Source: Sphaerodactylus townsendi
Lineage: Eukaryota
NCBI RefSeq assembly: GCF_021028975.2
Contig: NC_059426.1
Location: forward strand, 51,832,001 to 51,896,000
Reading direction: 5' to 3'
DNA: 64,000 bases
Positions 10,433 through 23,830 of this stretch are shown here, one piece after another. The notes below the pieces were generated by a model, which made no database searches, was not told the DNA's origin, and was given only the letters and a program-made list of their open reading frames with translations. Position numbers and translations under genes: made by a program. Numbering within the stretch: the stretch's first letter is position 1; each line of letters starts with the position of its first letter.

Positions 10433-13400
10433 GTAAGAACCGTCTGCCGTCTCTTCCTCCCCCTCCCCCCCCCCCGCCTCCATTGCACGTTTTTAATCTC
10501 TTTGCTCAGGGCTCGTTACATGTGCGGCAGCTCAAAAGGCAGGGTTAATGCTTTTTGATTTTGGGTAGAAGTTATGAGACAATCGGAGTCAATAGACAGA
10601 CGGTGTTAGCCAGGAACTATGCCCCATCAATGTTGATGCTACCTTTCTCGCAGTGCCATTACAGGAGCTGATAGGCGCATGGATCTTCTTAGACACCTTA
10701 AAGACACACTTGCTGCGGAATATGGGGGAACTTGTGAGATTCACTTCAGAATTCCACCTACTGGAGCTCATGTGAGAGTTCAAAGTTTCCTTCATGGATT
10801 GTACTTGCAAAATGCCTCTGTCTTTTCCAGGCAGTTAGGTTAATTACTGCCGTGCTTGTTTTCTAGTGAAAACTAAGGGGTCCTGAAAAACCATGTGTTA
10901 CCTATGGCTTCATTTCAGTCTGAGTGACTGTAGAACTTGCTGTAAACTATGTTCCCATAATTGGCCTTTTATGCGCACCCCCCCTCCCCTCCCCTCCCCT
11001 CCCCTCCCCAAACTAAGGATAGACTTCAGATCTGATTATCCACAGAAGCCTGGCCTTCTTGGCAGTCAGGATCTGCAGAAAAGTGATGATTATATTTCAA
11101 GTCAAAACACTTATCAGTCTTGGGGCTTTACCTTTGTTACTGGGTAAGCAAGCAAAGGATCATACTGTGGGAGATCGTGTTGCAGTAGGAGGGATTTGAT
11201 TAAATAAGCCTTGTTAATTGTTAATGTGTAAGTAGCACTGAGCATGTGCCAAAATGGAAACATTTTAAGAAACGCCCGATGTATCCATTGCCAAAATAAA
11301 TGCTGGCAGCCTTCAAAATAATGTTATTAAAAGAATTTTGCAACAAACTTCAACATGTGAGTTCAAACATTCCACGATCCTTTGATGCATCATGAAAAAC
11401 ATGCAAATACTAGGAAATACCTATTAAAATCCTACAGTTGGGGGCTGGAATTTTGCAAGCCTCCCCTCCCATTGAATGGCTCTTATTCAGCAGAGCTCAA
11501 TAGAACAGCTTGTTTGAATCAGTACCACGGATCATTAGAGTTTAAATAAAATTAGGTCCATAGTGTATGTTTATGGGCACATGATGTGTATATGTTTGAT
11601 TATTAACATATTGCTGTGTGCAAGTCACTCTCTCTGTTAACCATGGAAGACTATATTGTTTAGTGCCACAAAGAAAACGCAACATGAAACCTACTCCAGG
11701 GAGAATGAGTGAATACTAAGGTCACAAAACTGTAGATCATCCCCATTCTATCCTTGCAAATAACTTGTTGAGATAGCGGTGGTAGTGTCTGGTCTCACAG
11801 TAGGTTTTTGGTGGACAGTTAATACCAATCTGATGGACAGCTAATCTGTTTGGGCCTAGCCAATGTGAGTAGCTCTCAAATGAAAGAAAAGGGCAGGCCT
11901 CTTTTTAGTCCTGACATTAGGGAGATTAGCAAAACCCTCTCAAGTAATGGCTTTCTCAGTTTATCTATCATGGCTGTATGGTCCTTTCTAAACCTGAAGG
12001 AGCAATCTCTAATATTGATAAGGCTGTCCAATAAGAAAAGTCCTCTTTTCTACATAGCAGCATGAGAGGTCTCACTGATGTTGGTATCACCTTCACCATT
12101 CTTTGTCAGTCTGAAGGGCAAATAACAATGAATGGACAAACAGAGAAGTTCACACCATAGGGAAAACTTATGTGTAGCCATAACTAAAAGTAAATTTTGC
12201 CAGTGAGGTCAATAGGAACTTTCTGGGACTATTTCAGGTCAGGAAAGTGGTACAAAAGGGGAGAATCAAACTGGGATCCAAGTGCCTCTCTGAGTTGGGC
12301 CCAAGTGCCTCTCTGAGTCACAGACACTAAAACATATCTTTATAAAAGATCCAATTTCTGGTACTTGTAGTGTGAGCCACTTGTAGTGCATAACGTGCGG
12401 AAACTGTCTGCTAAGTATATACCGTAGTAACGAAGTTTGCTTAGACCAGATTTTCAATAATCTGGTCAGGGAACTAATATGGTACGGGTACATTATTACT
12501 GTCCCTTCATTTCCACAGCCTATTCTGCCCAACTTTTTCTTCTGCTATATTATCATTTGTTTAATATTACCTGTAAATTATTTAAATTAAAGAATGTGAT
12601 ATGACAGTTGGAAACTTTCCATGACAGTTTCACCAAAACACCCCAGTGGGTTTGGTGTCAGATGTCAAATATTCTTAATGATTCTCAGTATTAAGAAGAA
12701 AACTACCAACAACACATTATTCTGGGTGAAAAAAAGGAATACAACCTTAACTGTAGTATTTGGCATTTTTGACTTTGCTGTCAAATCCAGGGTAGCCTTT
12801 CATGGGAATTTCACCTGAGGTGGGACTACAGGGTCCACTATTTGTAACAACAAACAGCTGCTCATTTTGCAAATTTGGAGCCCATTCCCTGCCTTTCTTA
12901 ATTTTTTCCTCCTCTCTTTCCATACTGTATTATTTATTTGGGCTCCTCAGTACAGCCGCTATCCCTTCAAGACTTTGGCAGACAAAAAGCATAACAGCTA
13001 GGTTTCCAAGTGGTCTTGTTAAGCTTTTGTAAAACATTCTTTTACAAACAGTTCCACGCTGGCAGTAGTATCCTATTTTTATTTTGTTTTAAACTGCTGT
13101 ATAGTAAGCTAGTGCTGCGCTGATTGAAGAGGCCAAGTTTAGCAAACATTTTTCCCCTCAAAGTGCCTCTTTCCAATTTTTAGCAACTGAATGGTACAGC
13201 AGTGTCTTGGGAGACAGAGGGCACCTGTGTCTGAATTGGCTTGGTAACTGGGTTTGGCTATTCTGCAGCACTGTCGAAAATGAAACCTCTGCAGTACAGC
13301 CTGGCAGAATGAGAAAAGCTGGCCAAGGAGTGGGCTTGGATGTGCCGCAGATGTGGTTTATCAACACACAGCCTTTCCCTCTGGAATGTGTGCTTGAATG

Positions 13401-15603
13401 CTCATTCTAGTGCAAATACAAATGTGCATTCTGGCATGACTAGAACTTAATCAGGGTTTCAGAATGAGGGTAAAGTAATTGTCTCAATGGACCTGGGACA
13501 ATATCACATTTATTATGTTCTAATTTGCTAGATGCTGTAGTGAAGGAATGGGATGCTCTGTTAAAAGTGGCACATGATATCAGCAGAATTGGCTGTGAGC
13601 TGCCTTTGAAAAATGGGAGATTTTATGGTGCATTGTGAAGGCATACTGTTTTTTCTGTCAGCAGGTTCTAGTGTGAAAATACAGTGCTGGTCAAGTAATA
13701 ACACTATTTTCAGTGTTGTGTAAGCACGGAAATTGTCTTTAGCCATAGCGTAACACAGTCATGCATTTTCATAGCAATGTTGTTTTCACAGCTGAATGGA
13801 GGCTGTACATGTGTAATTAATAGTTTAAGAAAATAATAACTGTGTGAGGGTGAACTGAGGTCTCTCTCTCCAATAGTTTATAACCATTGGAAGATATGCA
13901 ATATCTGCCTTGTGTTGCTTGATAGTTGAGAAAAAGACGCTCCTAATCAAAAGATAGACAGAAAGCATAAAGTATTTCAAAATTAACTTTTAAAGTACAA
14001 TTATGTTTGTTTCAAAAATGTTCCTGGGAAGGCCTTTAGAATTCTGTGAACCAACTGCTGACGAGGTACACTTTTTACCTACCTTATAAAATATTTCAAA
14101 ATTTGTGGGAGGAGCTTCTTGAATTATATCCCTCAAAGAAAAAAATGTACTTTTAAACAGAATGGAGAAACCATAACATGTTGCATAGTGTCTCTGAATA
14201 TCAGTTTGAGCTTGAATTTATTCACCTCAATTTTTAAAACATTTGTCAGATGAGGTGATTGCATGAATTATCAGAATCTATGTAACACTTGAATTGAGGG
14301 ATGATATAAATGTGTACATCTGTACTTTACCTTTCTTTGAGTGAAATTATACCTCTGACTTTTAACAAAAATGAAAATTTGGACTGGAGAAGGCTTCTCT
14401 GAGACTTTGTTTTGCCTTTCCTGGAATCAACAGAAAAGCTTGTTGAACTAGTACACCTGTTTATGACCAGGCAGTTCTGAGCATATGTAAATTCTTCAGA
14501 AAACCAAAGGTGAACAATGAACCATGCATTTGACAAAAGCTAGGGAATCCTCCAGTTCAAAGAACAAATGTTCCAAAGACCCAGTGAACAAAATATGACT
14601 CTGGATGTGGACGTTTCACGTTAAACCCTCATTCTTAGCTTGTAACATCATTAGATGTGACATTTCTGGAGTTACTGATAAAGACTATCAGAGTGAGGAA
14701 TGGTGTAAAACAGTCTTAATGTGAACAGCAACTAAAATATCTTGTGCTATAGTTTCTAAACTTCATTTCATGACCAGCAAATGTAAAGTAATTTTTAGGG
14801 AAAGGTAAAAAATGAATAGTTTCTTCACACTGTAAAGTGTAATGGCATGTCTCTAAATTGTTAGTTCTTTCACTGAACTAAGTGATGTTTGGGAAGACAC
14901 CACAAGGTTAGATCCAGACTATGTTTTATGCTAACAAAAAACCCTTCTGTCGGTAGAACAGCAGCCCACTGATCTCCTTGAAAGGCTGCTCTTGGGGACA
15001 AGGGACCCTCTGGAATGGCATGGGGAACAAATTGAGGCTTTGCAGCTGGAAGGGGAAATTGATAGAAATTAATCTCCGCTACAAAATTTAGACTGTCTCA
15101 AACCTATGGGTTGGGATTTAGCACAAGTGTGGAGCATAAATTTCTCACCTTACTTTTGGTGCTGCACCCTGACATTTCCTCAAAATGCTGCTTCTGAAGG
15201 AAAGGGGGGGGGCTCCAAGAACAGAATTTTGGAGGACATTTGGAGCTGCAGTGGAATGGGCAGGTGAGGAAGTCATCCTGTGTAGGCCGGAATCTGTCTA
15301 CCAATAGAAATGATGCACTGGATCCAAGCTTATAGGTTGCATCTACATGTGGTTTTTCACAAATGGAATCCCGGCAGAATGAGGAGTGCTCATCTCTTCT
15401 TTCAAGTGCAGTCAACTGAGATCCCCAAAATGGTGTACCTGAGAGACAGTCTGTAGAATGACGTGGAAAGGGAAACTTATTTCAGTCACCCCTTCTATTT
15501 GCAGAAAATGATTTTCAATTGAACCTGTGTCTCTGCATAACCTCCCTCCCCGAACTGCTGAGAAATATGGAATGAGAAGCCTAAAGCACTTTGGTAGTGG
15601 AAT

Positions 15604-15797
15604 GTGCTGTCAGTTCAAAGCTGACTTCGGGTGACCCAAACAGGATTTTCAAGGCAAGAGATGAACAGAAGTGGTTTGCCATTGTCTTCCTCTGCATAGC
15701 AGTCCGACTTCCATGGTGGTATTAACCAGGGAACCCCTGCTTAGCGGTTGAGATCGGGCAAGTTTGGGCTAGTCTGGGTCATCTGAGTCATGGCAAA
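15604..15797 (-). mobile_element. Degenerate 5S rRNA-derived SINE
   Basis: taaccagggaacccctgcttagc...gagatc is a diverged reverse complement of the 5S internal promoter region, joined to the body gaagtggtttgccattg seen in other copies. Confidence 0.65.
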
Positions 15798-17096
15798 GCA
15801 CTTTAAACAGTATAAAGTATTGTAGATGTGTTTGATGAATAAGGCTGGCATATTGTGTCAAGAGTGGTCCTAAGTGGCTGTAAGTGATTGCCATGGACAC
15901 CAGTGATGAAGGAGTTCCAGTTGACCCTGTATCCCTCCCCCGAGCTGCCTGCAGCACCAAGTAGGATTGCCAGTCTCCTGGTGGGAGTGGGCTTATTGTA
16001 GAAGTTCTGGTGATTCCTAGAGAGGCATGGCATCATTTCTGAGTTTTTCCCTTGGTGGTCAGGTTTGGCACAGTTGACAGGTAGCCTGCTCTCCTGTATG
16101 GTGTAGTGATTAAGAGAATTTGACTCTAATCTGAAAAACTGGATTTGATTTCAGCTGCTGATGGACAGGGATAATGTGTGCCATCTTTCTGCCACCTGGA
16201 GGCTTGGTAGGGTGAGGAGGGTGGTAAGATGTCATCCACAGATGTTGAGAGACAAGAAGGGTGGGTACCATTTTCCTGCCTCCCTGTGGCTTGGCGGGGG
16301 TGGGGAGGTAGGAAGATGCTGCATCCCACCTTCGCCTGCTGTGGAGAACAGAAGTATGGACATTGTCTTCTCATGACCCCTGTGGTAGGAGAATGAGCAG
16401 CAACCTCTGACTGGGGTTGGCGTTGGCATCCCAGCTTGATATTGTCCAAATAATTGTACAAGCCGTCTGTGGTATGTGTGTATATAAAAGAGTGGAAGAG
16501 AAAATTGAAGCTGTCTTCTGTAAAAGCAATGTTCCCTGTGCTGAAGGGATTCATGTCTCAGACATCCTAGCTTTCTTCTTGAAACTATTATCTCTGTTCT
16601 CAGTCCTTCTGCTTCCATAATTTATCTTGATTTGCACTTTTATATCTTCTACATGTTTCTCTTCACTAGTTTCCTCTGTTGATTTCAATTACGCTTAAAT
16701 TTATTTTAACCTTTTAGTCTCTGCATGAATTTGCCCCCTCGTATCTTAATTGCTTCCTCTTTTTCCTCCTCCTCAGTCGCTCTGTTCATCAAATGCTGAT
16801 CTTCTCATTATGCCTTCATTCCTGTGTGCTATTTCTCATAGCTATGTTTGCTCTCTCTTAGCCCCTTAGCTGTGGCCCTCTTTATTCATATGGCTTCTTC
16901 TATGTTATTATTAAATGAGTATTTTCTCTCTTGTGTTTCCTTCTTGTGTTCTGTTTGATCACTTTGATTATGTTCCTTTTTGTAGTTTAACAATTGCATG
17001 GGTTTCACTTTAACTTTTTAATGTTCCCTTTTAAAAGTCTACCAGCTAATGCAAAATTTTATGCATTTTCCATCTCAGTGTCTTTTCTTCTGTCTT

Positions 17097-17396
17097 CTGA
17101 AGAAGAAGAGTTTGGATTTATATCCCCCCTTTCTCTCCTGCAAGGAGACTCAAAGGGGCTGACAAACTCCTTTCCCTTCCCCCCTCACAACAAACAACCT
17201 GTGAGGTAGGTGGAGCTGAGAGAGCTTGGAAGAACTGTGATTAGCCCAAGGTCACCCAGCTGGCGTATGTGGGAGTGCACAGGTTAATCTGAATTCCCCA
17301 GATAAGCCTCCACAACTCAAGCGGCAGAGCGGGGAATTAAACCCAGTTCCTCCAGATTAGAGTACACCTGCTCTTAACCACTATGCCACTGCTGCT
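17097..17396 (-). mobile_element. Young tRNA-derived SINE (Squam3/MIR-related), full length
   Basis: Minus-strand head GCAGCAGTGGCATAGTGGTTAAG (A box) and GGTTTAATTCCC (B box); (CTT)n tail; TSD CTTCTGTCTT; close similarity to three other copies in the window. Confidence 0.9.
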
Positions 17397-18104
17397 TCTG
17401 TCTTTATGAACAGGTGAGACTAGTTCATTTTTTACTGGACTTTTAAGGTGCTCATATAAATAATAAATGACGATAAAACAAATCAAGTGTTTCTTCTTTG
17501 CATGCCCTGAAGTGCAAAGGGCTGAGAAGAGAGAAGCAGCAGAAGGAAGGGTCTGAAGGGCTCCTTGAAGAGGAAGGCTGCACCCTAACATCACTGGATT
17601 TTGTACTGCAGCTCTCATTTGCCAACTGGATGGGGTTGTCTGCCTGTGAGAATCCTGTTCTGAACGATTGCTACATCACAATACCTAACGAGTGTGGAAT
17701 TGGATTCAGCCAGGAGACTAAATACAGGTTCTCACCTTAGTTTTTGACTTAACATTGTCATCAGAATGATGAAAATTCTCTTTTGAATGTGTGACCTCCC
17801 TGCTTCAACTGTGAGATCTGAATTGTACCTTATCAAGGAAGAAGTTAATCACAGAAAAATGTCAAGGACAAAACCACTGAAGAATGCATGGAAGAGTGTC
17901 TTTGTTATACAACAAATCATTTGTCAAAATAAATTGCTACTTCAGAGCTGCATTGGAGGGATCGCCAAATAAAGTAGGGCTGAAACACACCAAAAAGAAG
18001 CCAATCTATCCTGTAGTTGTGTAGTATTCCTTGACTAAACTACAAAATTCCTGAGTATTTTATCACAAGTGAGTGAAGGGACATAGGGAAGGAAGGAGCC
18101 ATGA

Positions 18105-18580
18105 TATAGCCTGCTTTCATAAGATCTTGGAAACTAAGAAGAAGAAGAGTTTGGATTTATATCCCCCTTTTCTCTCCTGTAGGGGACTTAAAGGGGCTTA
18201 CAATCTCCTTGCCCTTCCCCCCTCACAACAAACACCCTGTGAGGTAGGTGGGGCTAAGAGAGCTCCGAGAAGCTGTGACTAGCCCAAGGTCACCCAGCTG
18301 GCATGTGTGGGAGTGCACAGGCTAATCTGAATTCCCCAGATAAGCCTCCACAGCTCAGGCGGCAGAGCTGGGAATCAAACCCAGTTCCTCCAGATTAGAT
18401 ACACGAGCTCTTAACCTCCTACGCCACTGCTGCTCCTAAGCAGGGTTGTTGCCTGGAAGAGAGACCCAAAGAAGACTCTGCAGAGGAAGGCATTGACAAA
18501 CCTGCTCTTCTTCTGACTTGCCTCGAAAGGCCCTTGCTAGGATTGCCATAAGTTGGCTGCAGCTTCATAGCACCTTACAC
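18105..18580 (+). mobile_element. 5S-derived SINE split by a younger SINE
   Basis: 5S-like agatcttggaaactaag (to 18138) resumes as ctaagcagggt at 18436 and runs to a tail ccataagttggctgcagcttcatagcacc. Confidence 0.65.
18139..18435 (-). mobile_element. Young tRNA-derived SINE (Squam3/MIR-related), full length
   Basis: Same family as 17097-17396; TSD CTAAG. Confidence 0.9.
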
Positions 18581-18769
18581 AAAATAGTGGAGGGACACTT
18601 GCATCATTAAGTGGGTTTTGAATAGACACCTATGAAAATGACTTTTGAATTGACTGCCAAATACACCTAGTTTTGCATCCAGTATTAAAGTATCTAGCAG
18701 TGCAGTACTGAGCAGATCTCAGTGAGCCAGCTACAACCCTTCCTTGGTAGGAAAGATCTTGCCACTGTG

Positions 18770-19470
18770 ATGCATGCCCTGGTAAACATCTGTTAGAATA
18801 CCATGGTGTGCTGAATGTGGGGCTGCCCTTGAATACTGTCTGGAAGCTACAATTGGTACAGAATTTTGTGGCTAGAATGCTGACTGGAATAGATTTTAGG
18901 GATTGTAGCACTCCAATTTGAGGCTATATATACTGGCTCCTAATTTTTTTTACCCAATTCATGGTGTTAGTTTTGACTTTTAAAGCCCCTATATAGCTTG
19001 GGCCAGCATTGCTGAAGGACAGCCTACTCTGATATCAGCTTTTCCAATGGCTGTGGTTGTCTTCAGAGGTCCTGTTTCAAGTGTCCCTTCCTTCTGAGGC
19101 TACATAGGTAGCAACACAAGAAAGGGCCTTCTTGCTCATGGTGCTGAAACTCTGGAATTTGCTCCACATCTCTCCCTCTATTCTAGTCTTCCTCAAAAGG
19201 GTAAAGATCTTTTTTGTTTCGTTTGACATTCCCTCACTAACTCTTACTAGCCTTTTCTCCTGTTTGTGTGTTATATATTTATATTGTTATACATTTATAG
19301 TATGTTTTATGTAACTGTTATGTTAAATATATATTTTAGATATTTTATTTCTGTACAGACATACACATACTACACACACATACTCATACACACACAATGC
19401 TTTTTCATGTCATGAATGCTTTAATGTTCACTGCCTTGGGGACGATGAATTGGGTGCCAAGGAAGCATGC
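18770..19470 (+). mobile_element. Old L2 LINE 3' fragment
   Basis: Translates as VGLPLNTVWKLQLVQNFVARMLTG, the characteristic L2 ORF2 C-terminus, followed by ctggctcc and ctctggaat motifs and an AT-rich 3' UTR. Confidence 0.75.
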
Positions 19471-19477
19471 TTTAAAT

Positions 19478-19612
19478 CACAGGTGTCAAACTCGTGGCCT
19501 TCCAGATGTTATGGACTACAGCTCCCATCATCCCCTGCCAGCATCATGCTGGCAGGGGATGATGGGAACTGTAGTCCATAACATCTGGAAGGCCGTGAGT
19601 TTGACACCTATG
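19478..19612. mobile_element. Palindromic hAT MITE (135 bp)
   Basis: Almost perfect end-to-end inverted repeat CACAGGTGTCAAACTC...GAGTTTGACACCTATG; perfect 8-bp TSD CTTTAAAT. Confidence 0.92.
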
Positions 19613-19837
19613 CTTTAAATGAACAGGAAGAAGTGTTCTATTCTGAGCCCAGTGATTTCAATAGACTTGAAAGAATGTGAAGATTTAGGATTGCAATTTT
19701 AGCCAACATACAGTCCACCTCTACAGGATACTTCCCCACCATCCTATCTTTCAGTAATGGTTCTTAAACACATAATTGCCATATCTAAAGCCAGTTCCCA
19801 TCATCCCCTGCCATAGCTAAAGCCAGTTCACCTAGAG

Positions 19838-19931
19838 CAGAGGTGTCCAACCTATGGCACTCCATGCTGGCAGGGGCTGATGAGAATTGCAGTCCATGAA
19901 CATCTGGAGAGCCATAGGTTGGCCACCCCTG
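19838..19931. mobile_element. Internally deleted hAT MITE
   Basis: TIRs CAGAGGTGTCCAACCTATGGC / GCCATAGGTTGGCCACCCCTG; perfect 8-bp TSD ACCTAGAG. Confidence 0.88.
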
Positions 19932-22519
19932 ACCTAGAGTATAGTTTACTTTGTTTTAAAATGCTGTTTATCCTGAGAACTTTTCCACCCGAACTACAAT
20001 GTTGAGCAGTACAGTCTGACAAACCAGAATTTAACTCCTTTTCACACACATGCACACACAGTAATTAATGTTGATAAACGAGAGGGCATATCTTTGAAAG
20101 GGCTTGGCAAGCGAGGCACATAGCTGTGGTTTGCTAAATGCTACTCCTGCTGCCTTGATGGAATTATTGCTTTCTAAAATATGATTGCTTTGCCAAATGA
20201 CCACAGTCATCTTCCAAAGCCAAAGAGCTTTCCCCTCCTTTCTGTGTGGTACAAACCACTAGGATAAAGGATCACTTTTAGAATTACTACTGCTGTGGTA
20301 AGCCACGTGAATACTATATTTTGTCTCTCCATCTCATTAGATCTTGCCTCCATACCACATAACTGGCTTGAGATCTTTATTTAGAACTGATCTGCTATTT
20401 GGAGTTCCTGTTTCACTGACAAGAATCAGTAGTGGTGAGTGGTTCAAAAGTGATCCATAGAAACCTTCTCTCTACTCCAGAGTGATAAACCAAATGGTTG
20501 GTACAGGCTCATATTCAGGTAAATGTCCCTGTACTGTGTGGTAGATGTGGGAAACCCTGGGTCAATTACATTGTTATTCCCCATTCTGGGAAGAGATCAA
20601 GAGTGAGGTTTAGCCATGCACATTCCCCTATATTTCCCTGATGGGAAATACACGCCTGAATCTCCTTACCCTGGAAGATTAACCCTCTTTAAATAGAGGT
20701 CAGTCTGCAGGGATAAGAGACCTAACTTGAGATGGATTGACTCAATAAAAGAAGTCATGGCCTTCAGTTTTCAAGACGTGAGAAAAGGCTGTCAATGACA
20801 GGACATTTTGGAGATCATTAATTCATAGGGTCGCCTAAGTAAGATGTGACATGACAAGAGATACTTGATGTCCAACCAGGATACTCTAGTTATAAAGATG
20901 TACTTTAACCTTGGTAGAAAGATCAGCAGAAGAGGAGAGTATCCAAGCTGGAAGGAGCCCAAGTCCTTTGTTCTCTGGATGTGTGAGAAATTAAATTGTG
21001 TGTAAGATCTAAAGAACTTCACTGTTTTGTCATAAGACTTGTGCTGTCTATGGCAAAGCACTGACTCCTTCCTCCTTCATTGGAATATCTTCCTGAGCTA
21101 AAGAACAAACATTGTGGTCGTAAATAAGGGATCTCAATGGTGTGGCTAGTATTCTATATATTTGGGTTTTGATGCTTGAATCGTTATGGAATGACAATTA
21201 GGGAGCCACACTAACCTATTGGATGTAGAAGTGGGCTGGCTTTCTTTTTCTATGGTGCTTTTATAATAACCTCCAAGGTTTTGCAAGCCATAGGAAGGTC
21301 TATCAGGGCATTAGTACTGACCTTGGTAACTGTAGCTTTTGAAGAGAAATAGACAATCTTTCAACTCCACCTCTTTGATTTTGGACTGCAACAGTGGACT
21401 AACTGCCATGTGTATATTATTAATAAAGGCATGGAATTAGAATTACCTCTTTGCTTCATACAATATACATTGGATTTGTGGAAAAATTACTTTTTGCCTT
21501 GGTTGGTCACACTGTTAGGAATGAGAACAGATACTGATTTCATGGGAACTTATCCAGCATGTGCTTATATATCAGAAGTGGGGGCACATTGAAAGGGAAT
21601 GTTGGTCATTTCTAGTCTATAGCAACGCCCCCCCCCCCCAAAAAAAAACTTTTCATAAACTGTTCTTGAAGTAAAATGGGTATAGCTGTTGCCAGAATAT
21701 GGAGAATTGTCTGTTAGCTTCTGAGCAAATCTCTTAAATTGTGTGATGATTGCATAGCATGGGGTTCATCATAATTTATTCATATTCCCTTTGAAGAGTG
21801 AGATACCTATTCTGAAGAACAATGCACATACATGTGTTTATTATAGTCCATTATGCAACTGCTTCCCTTGAACTTGGCACTTGACCTATACCTTCCATCT
21901 CAAGACAGTGGTTACAAATTCAGTCATGGAAAAGGATTCACTAGGGTAACTTTATATTGGCTCAAAATCCATTTGTATTGACTCTGCCATAATAAGAATT
22001 CCACCCAAAAGAGCTACCGGGCCAAACTGTCCAGGGTTGTTTGAAAAAAATAATTCAAAGCAAAATGTCACTACCATGCCAGATGGAACCCAGCGTAGTT
22101 TGCTCAAGGTGACTTCACTATAGCTTGGCTCTACCTTTTTAAAGGCTGGTTCTACTCTATGGATTTATGTAAATCTAAGTACTCCATATGGTCCAACGAC
22201 TGCTGTATAGAAGTTATAGGCTTTACTTTTCTTGTTCCTATCGTTGCTGATAGTCCTCATTTTTTTCCTTTTACAGATTTTGTTGGGATGTGGGCTCTGC
22301 AATTTTTGTTCTTTAGGGTTTCAGTGTCTCCCCAGTCCTGTCTTGTGAAATTTAAATTTTAGAGTGAAATGACAAATTTTCCCACTATGCAACTGGTGCA
22401 GTTCATTTTAACGGGCATTCTCTTTGCTTTTGAACTGTATGAGATAGCTATACTGATTCTTTCTTGGTTGACTTAATAAAAATGCCTGGGCAGTGCTTAA
22501 ATGCAAATAATTGTCTATA

Positions 22520-23830
22520 TGGATGGTAGATGTTGCTGAGTATGGGCAGAGATGTTGTGATGCCGCTGCTGGCGTGACATCATCAAGAGGGGCTGGCCTG
22601 GAGTCTTATAAGACTTCGACCAGCCTGGGGGCCCTGCTTGTCGTGCGCAAAGGGCAACATGTTTGGTGACTTCAGGGGGCTTGGGGGAGAGCCCCAGTCT
22701 CCAACCACATGGCTGGGCGAAAGGGGGCCACCCAGAGAGGGAACAGCCTCTGCCCACAGCAGCACGGCAAGGTTGTGGCCTTTGGGTTGTGCATGGGAAC
22801 TGATCTGATGGTGAGGGGAGCTGGAATGCTACCCTCTTTGGTAAGTACCTCCATAAGAGGTTTGGGGCGGAACAAGCCATGAGTCAGGACACCCAGGCGG
22901 GGGCTACTAAGGCTTGCGCCCCCAGCGGTATAACAGTTCTTCAGCATTTGGCCTTCCACCCAGCTGAGTTCCACCATTGCTGCACTGTGCAAAACGGATC
23001 TCTCCAGCATGTGGCCTTCAGCCCAGCTAAGTTCCACGATGGCTGTGCAGGGTTAACGGTCTCCTCCAACAGGCGGATTGGAGGAAGGTTTCACTCGGGC
23101 TGCCCAGTGTACAGATCAGGCCCCATGCTGCGCCTCATGCTTCTTTTCCTCCTTGGTCAATAAAATGATTTTGGCTGTGGCCAAACATTTTACCCCACAG
23201 ACAAGAGTGTTGTGTTGTTATTGTGGTTTGGGGATTCTGAGCAGTACCAGTCCTGCCCTCAGGCGGCAATGGCTTGATATAGACTTGAAGGCATACCCAA
23301 GCTGGAGGCTACAAGAATGAACCAAAGAGGGGGTTGGACTGGGAAGTTAAAATAGCTCAAGAGCAAAGCCAGACCTGTACTAAAAGGTCCTCTCAGTTCA
23401 GACTCTGCTCAGGAGGAGCCAACAGATGAACTGACACTATTGTCATTGCAGCTGAAAGGTCCAAGCAGGTTCTCCACTGTAGTGCTGGTGGAGCTGCTTA
23501 GTTGTCCTTGCTCCTGGTCATCAGTGGTCTTCCAGGACAACTGCCCTTCAGGAGCTTTCCCAATAAGTCCGCCCCCAGGAGCAATCCTTGAGTTGGCTTG
23601 CCTCTGCCTTCTTTCTCTCTCCTCCATTCAATCACAGCCAGATCATTAAGTGTTAGCCATTATCGCCTAACTGGCAAAGTGGTATAAGTTTCCCTTCAAA
23701 CCGAAAGTCCCTAACCAGGTTTGGTTCCCCTGCAAACCGAAAGTCCCTAACCAGGTTTGGGATCCTAGTTGCAGGACAAATGCACACTGTAACTTGCTGG
23801 TTGGGTTGTGACTGCAGCCTATGTTCTGCC
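22520..23830. other. Unclassified GC-rich insert, probably transposon-derived
   Basis: Abrupt rise in GC and CpG; internal imperfect duplication (about 22950-23045) and a 38-bp-period duplication of aaccgaaagtccctaaccaggtttgg (23698-23760); no recognisable protein motif. Confidence 0.4.
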
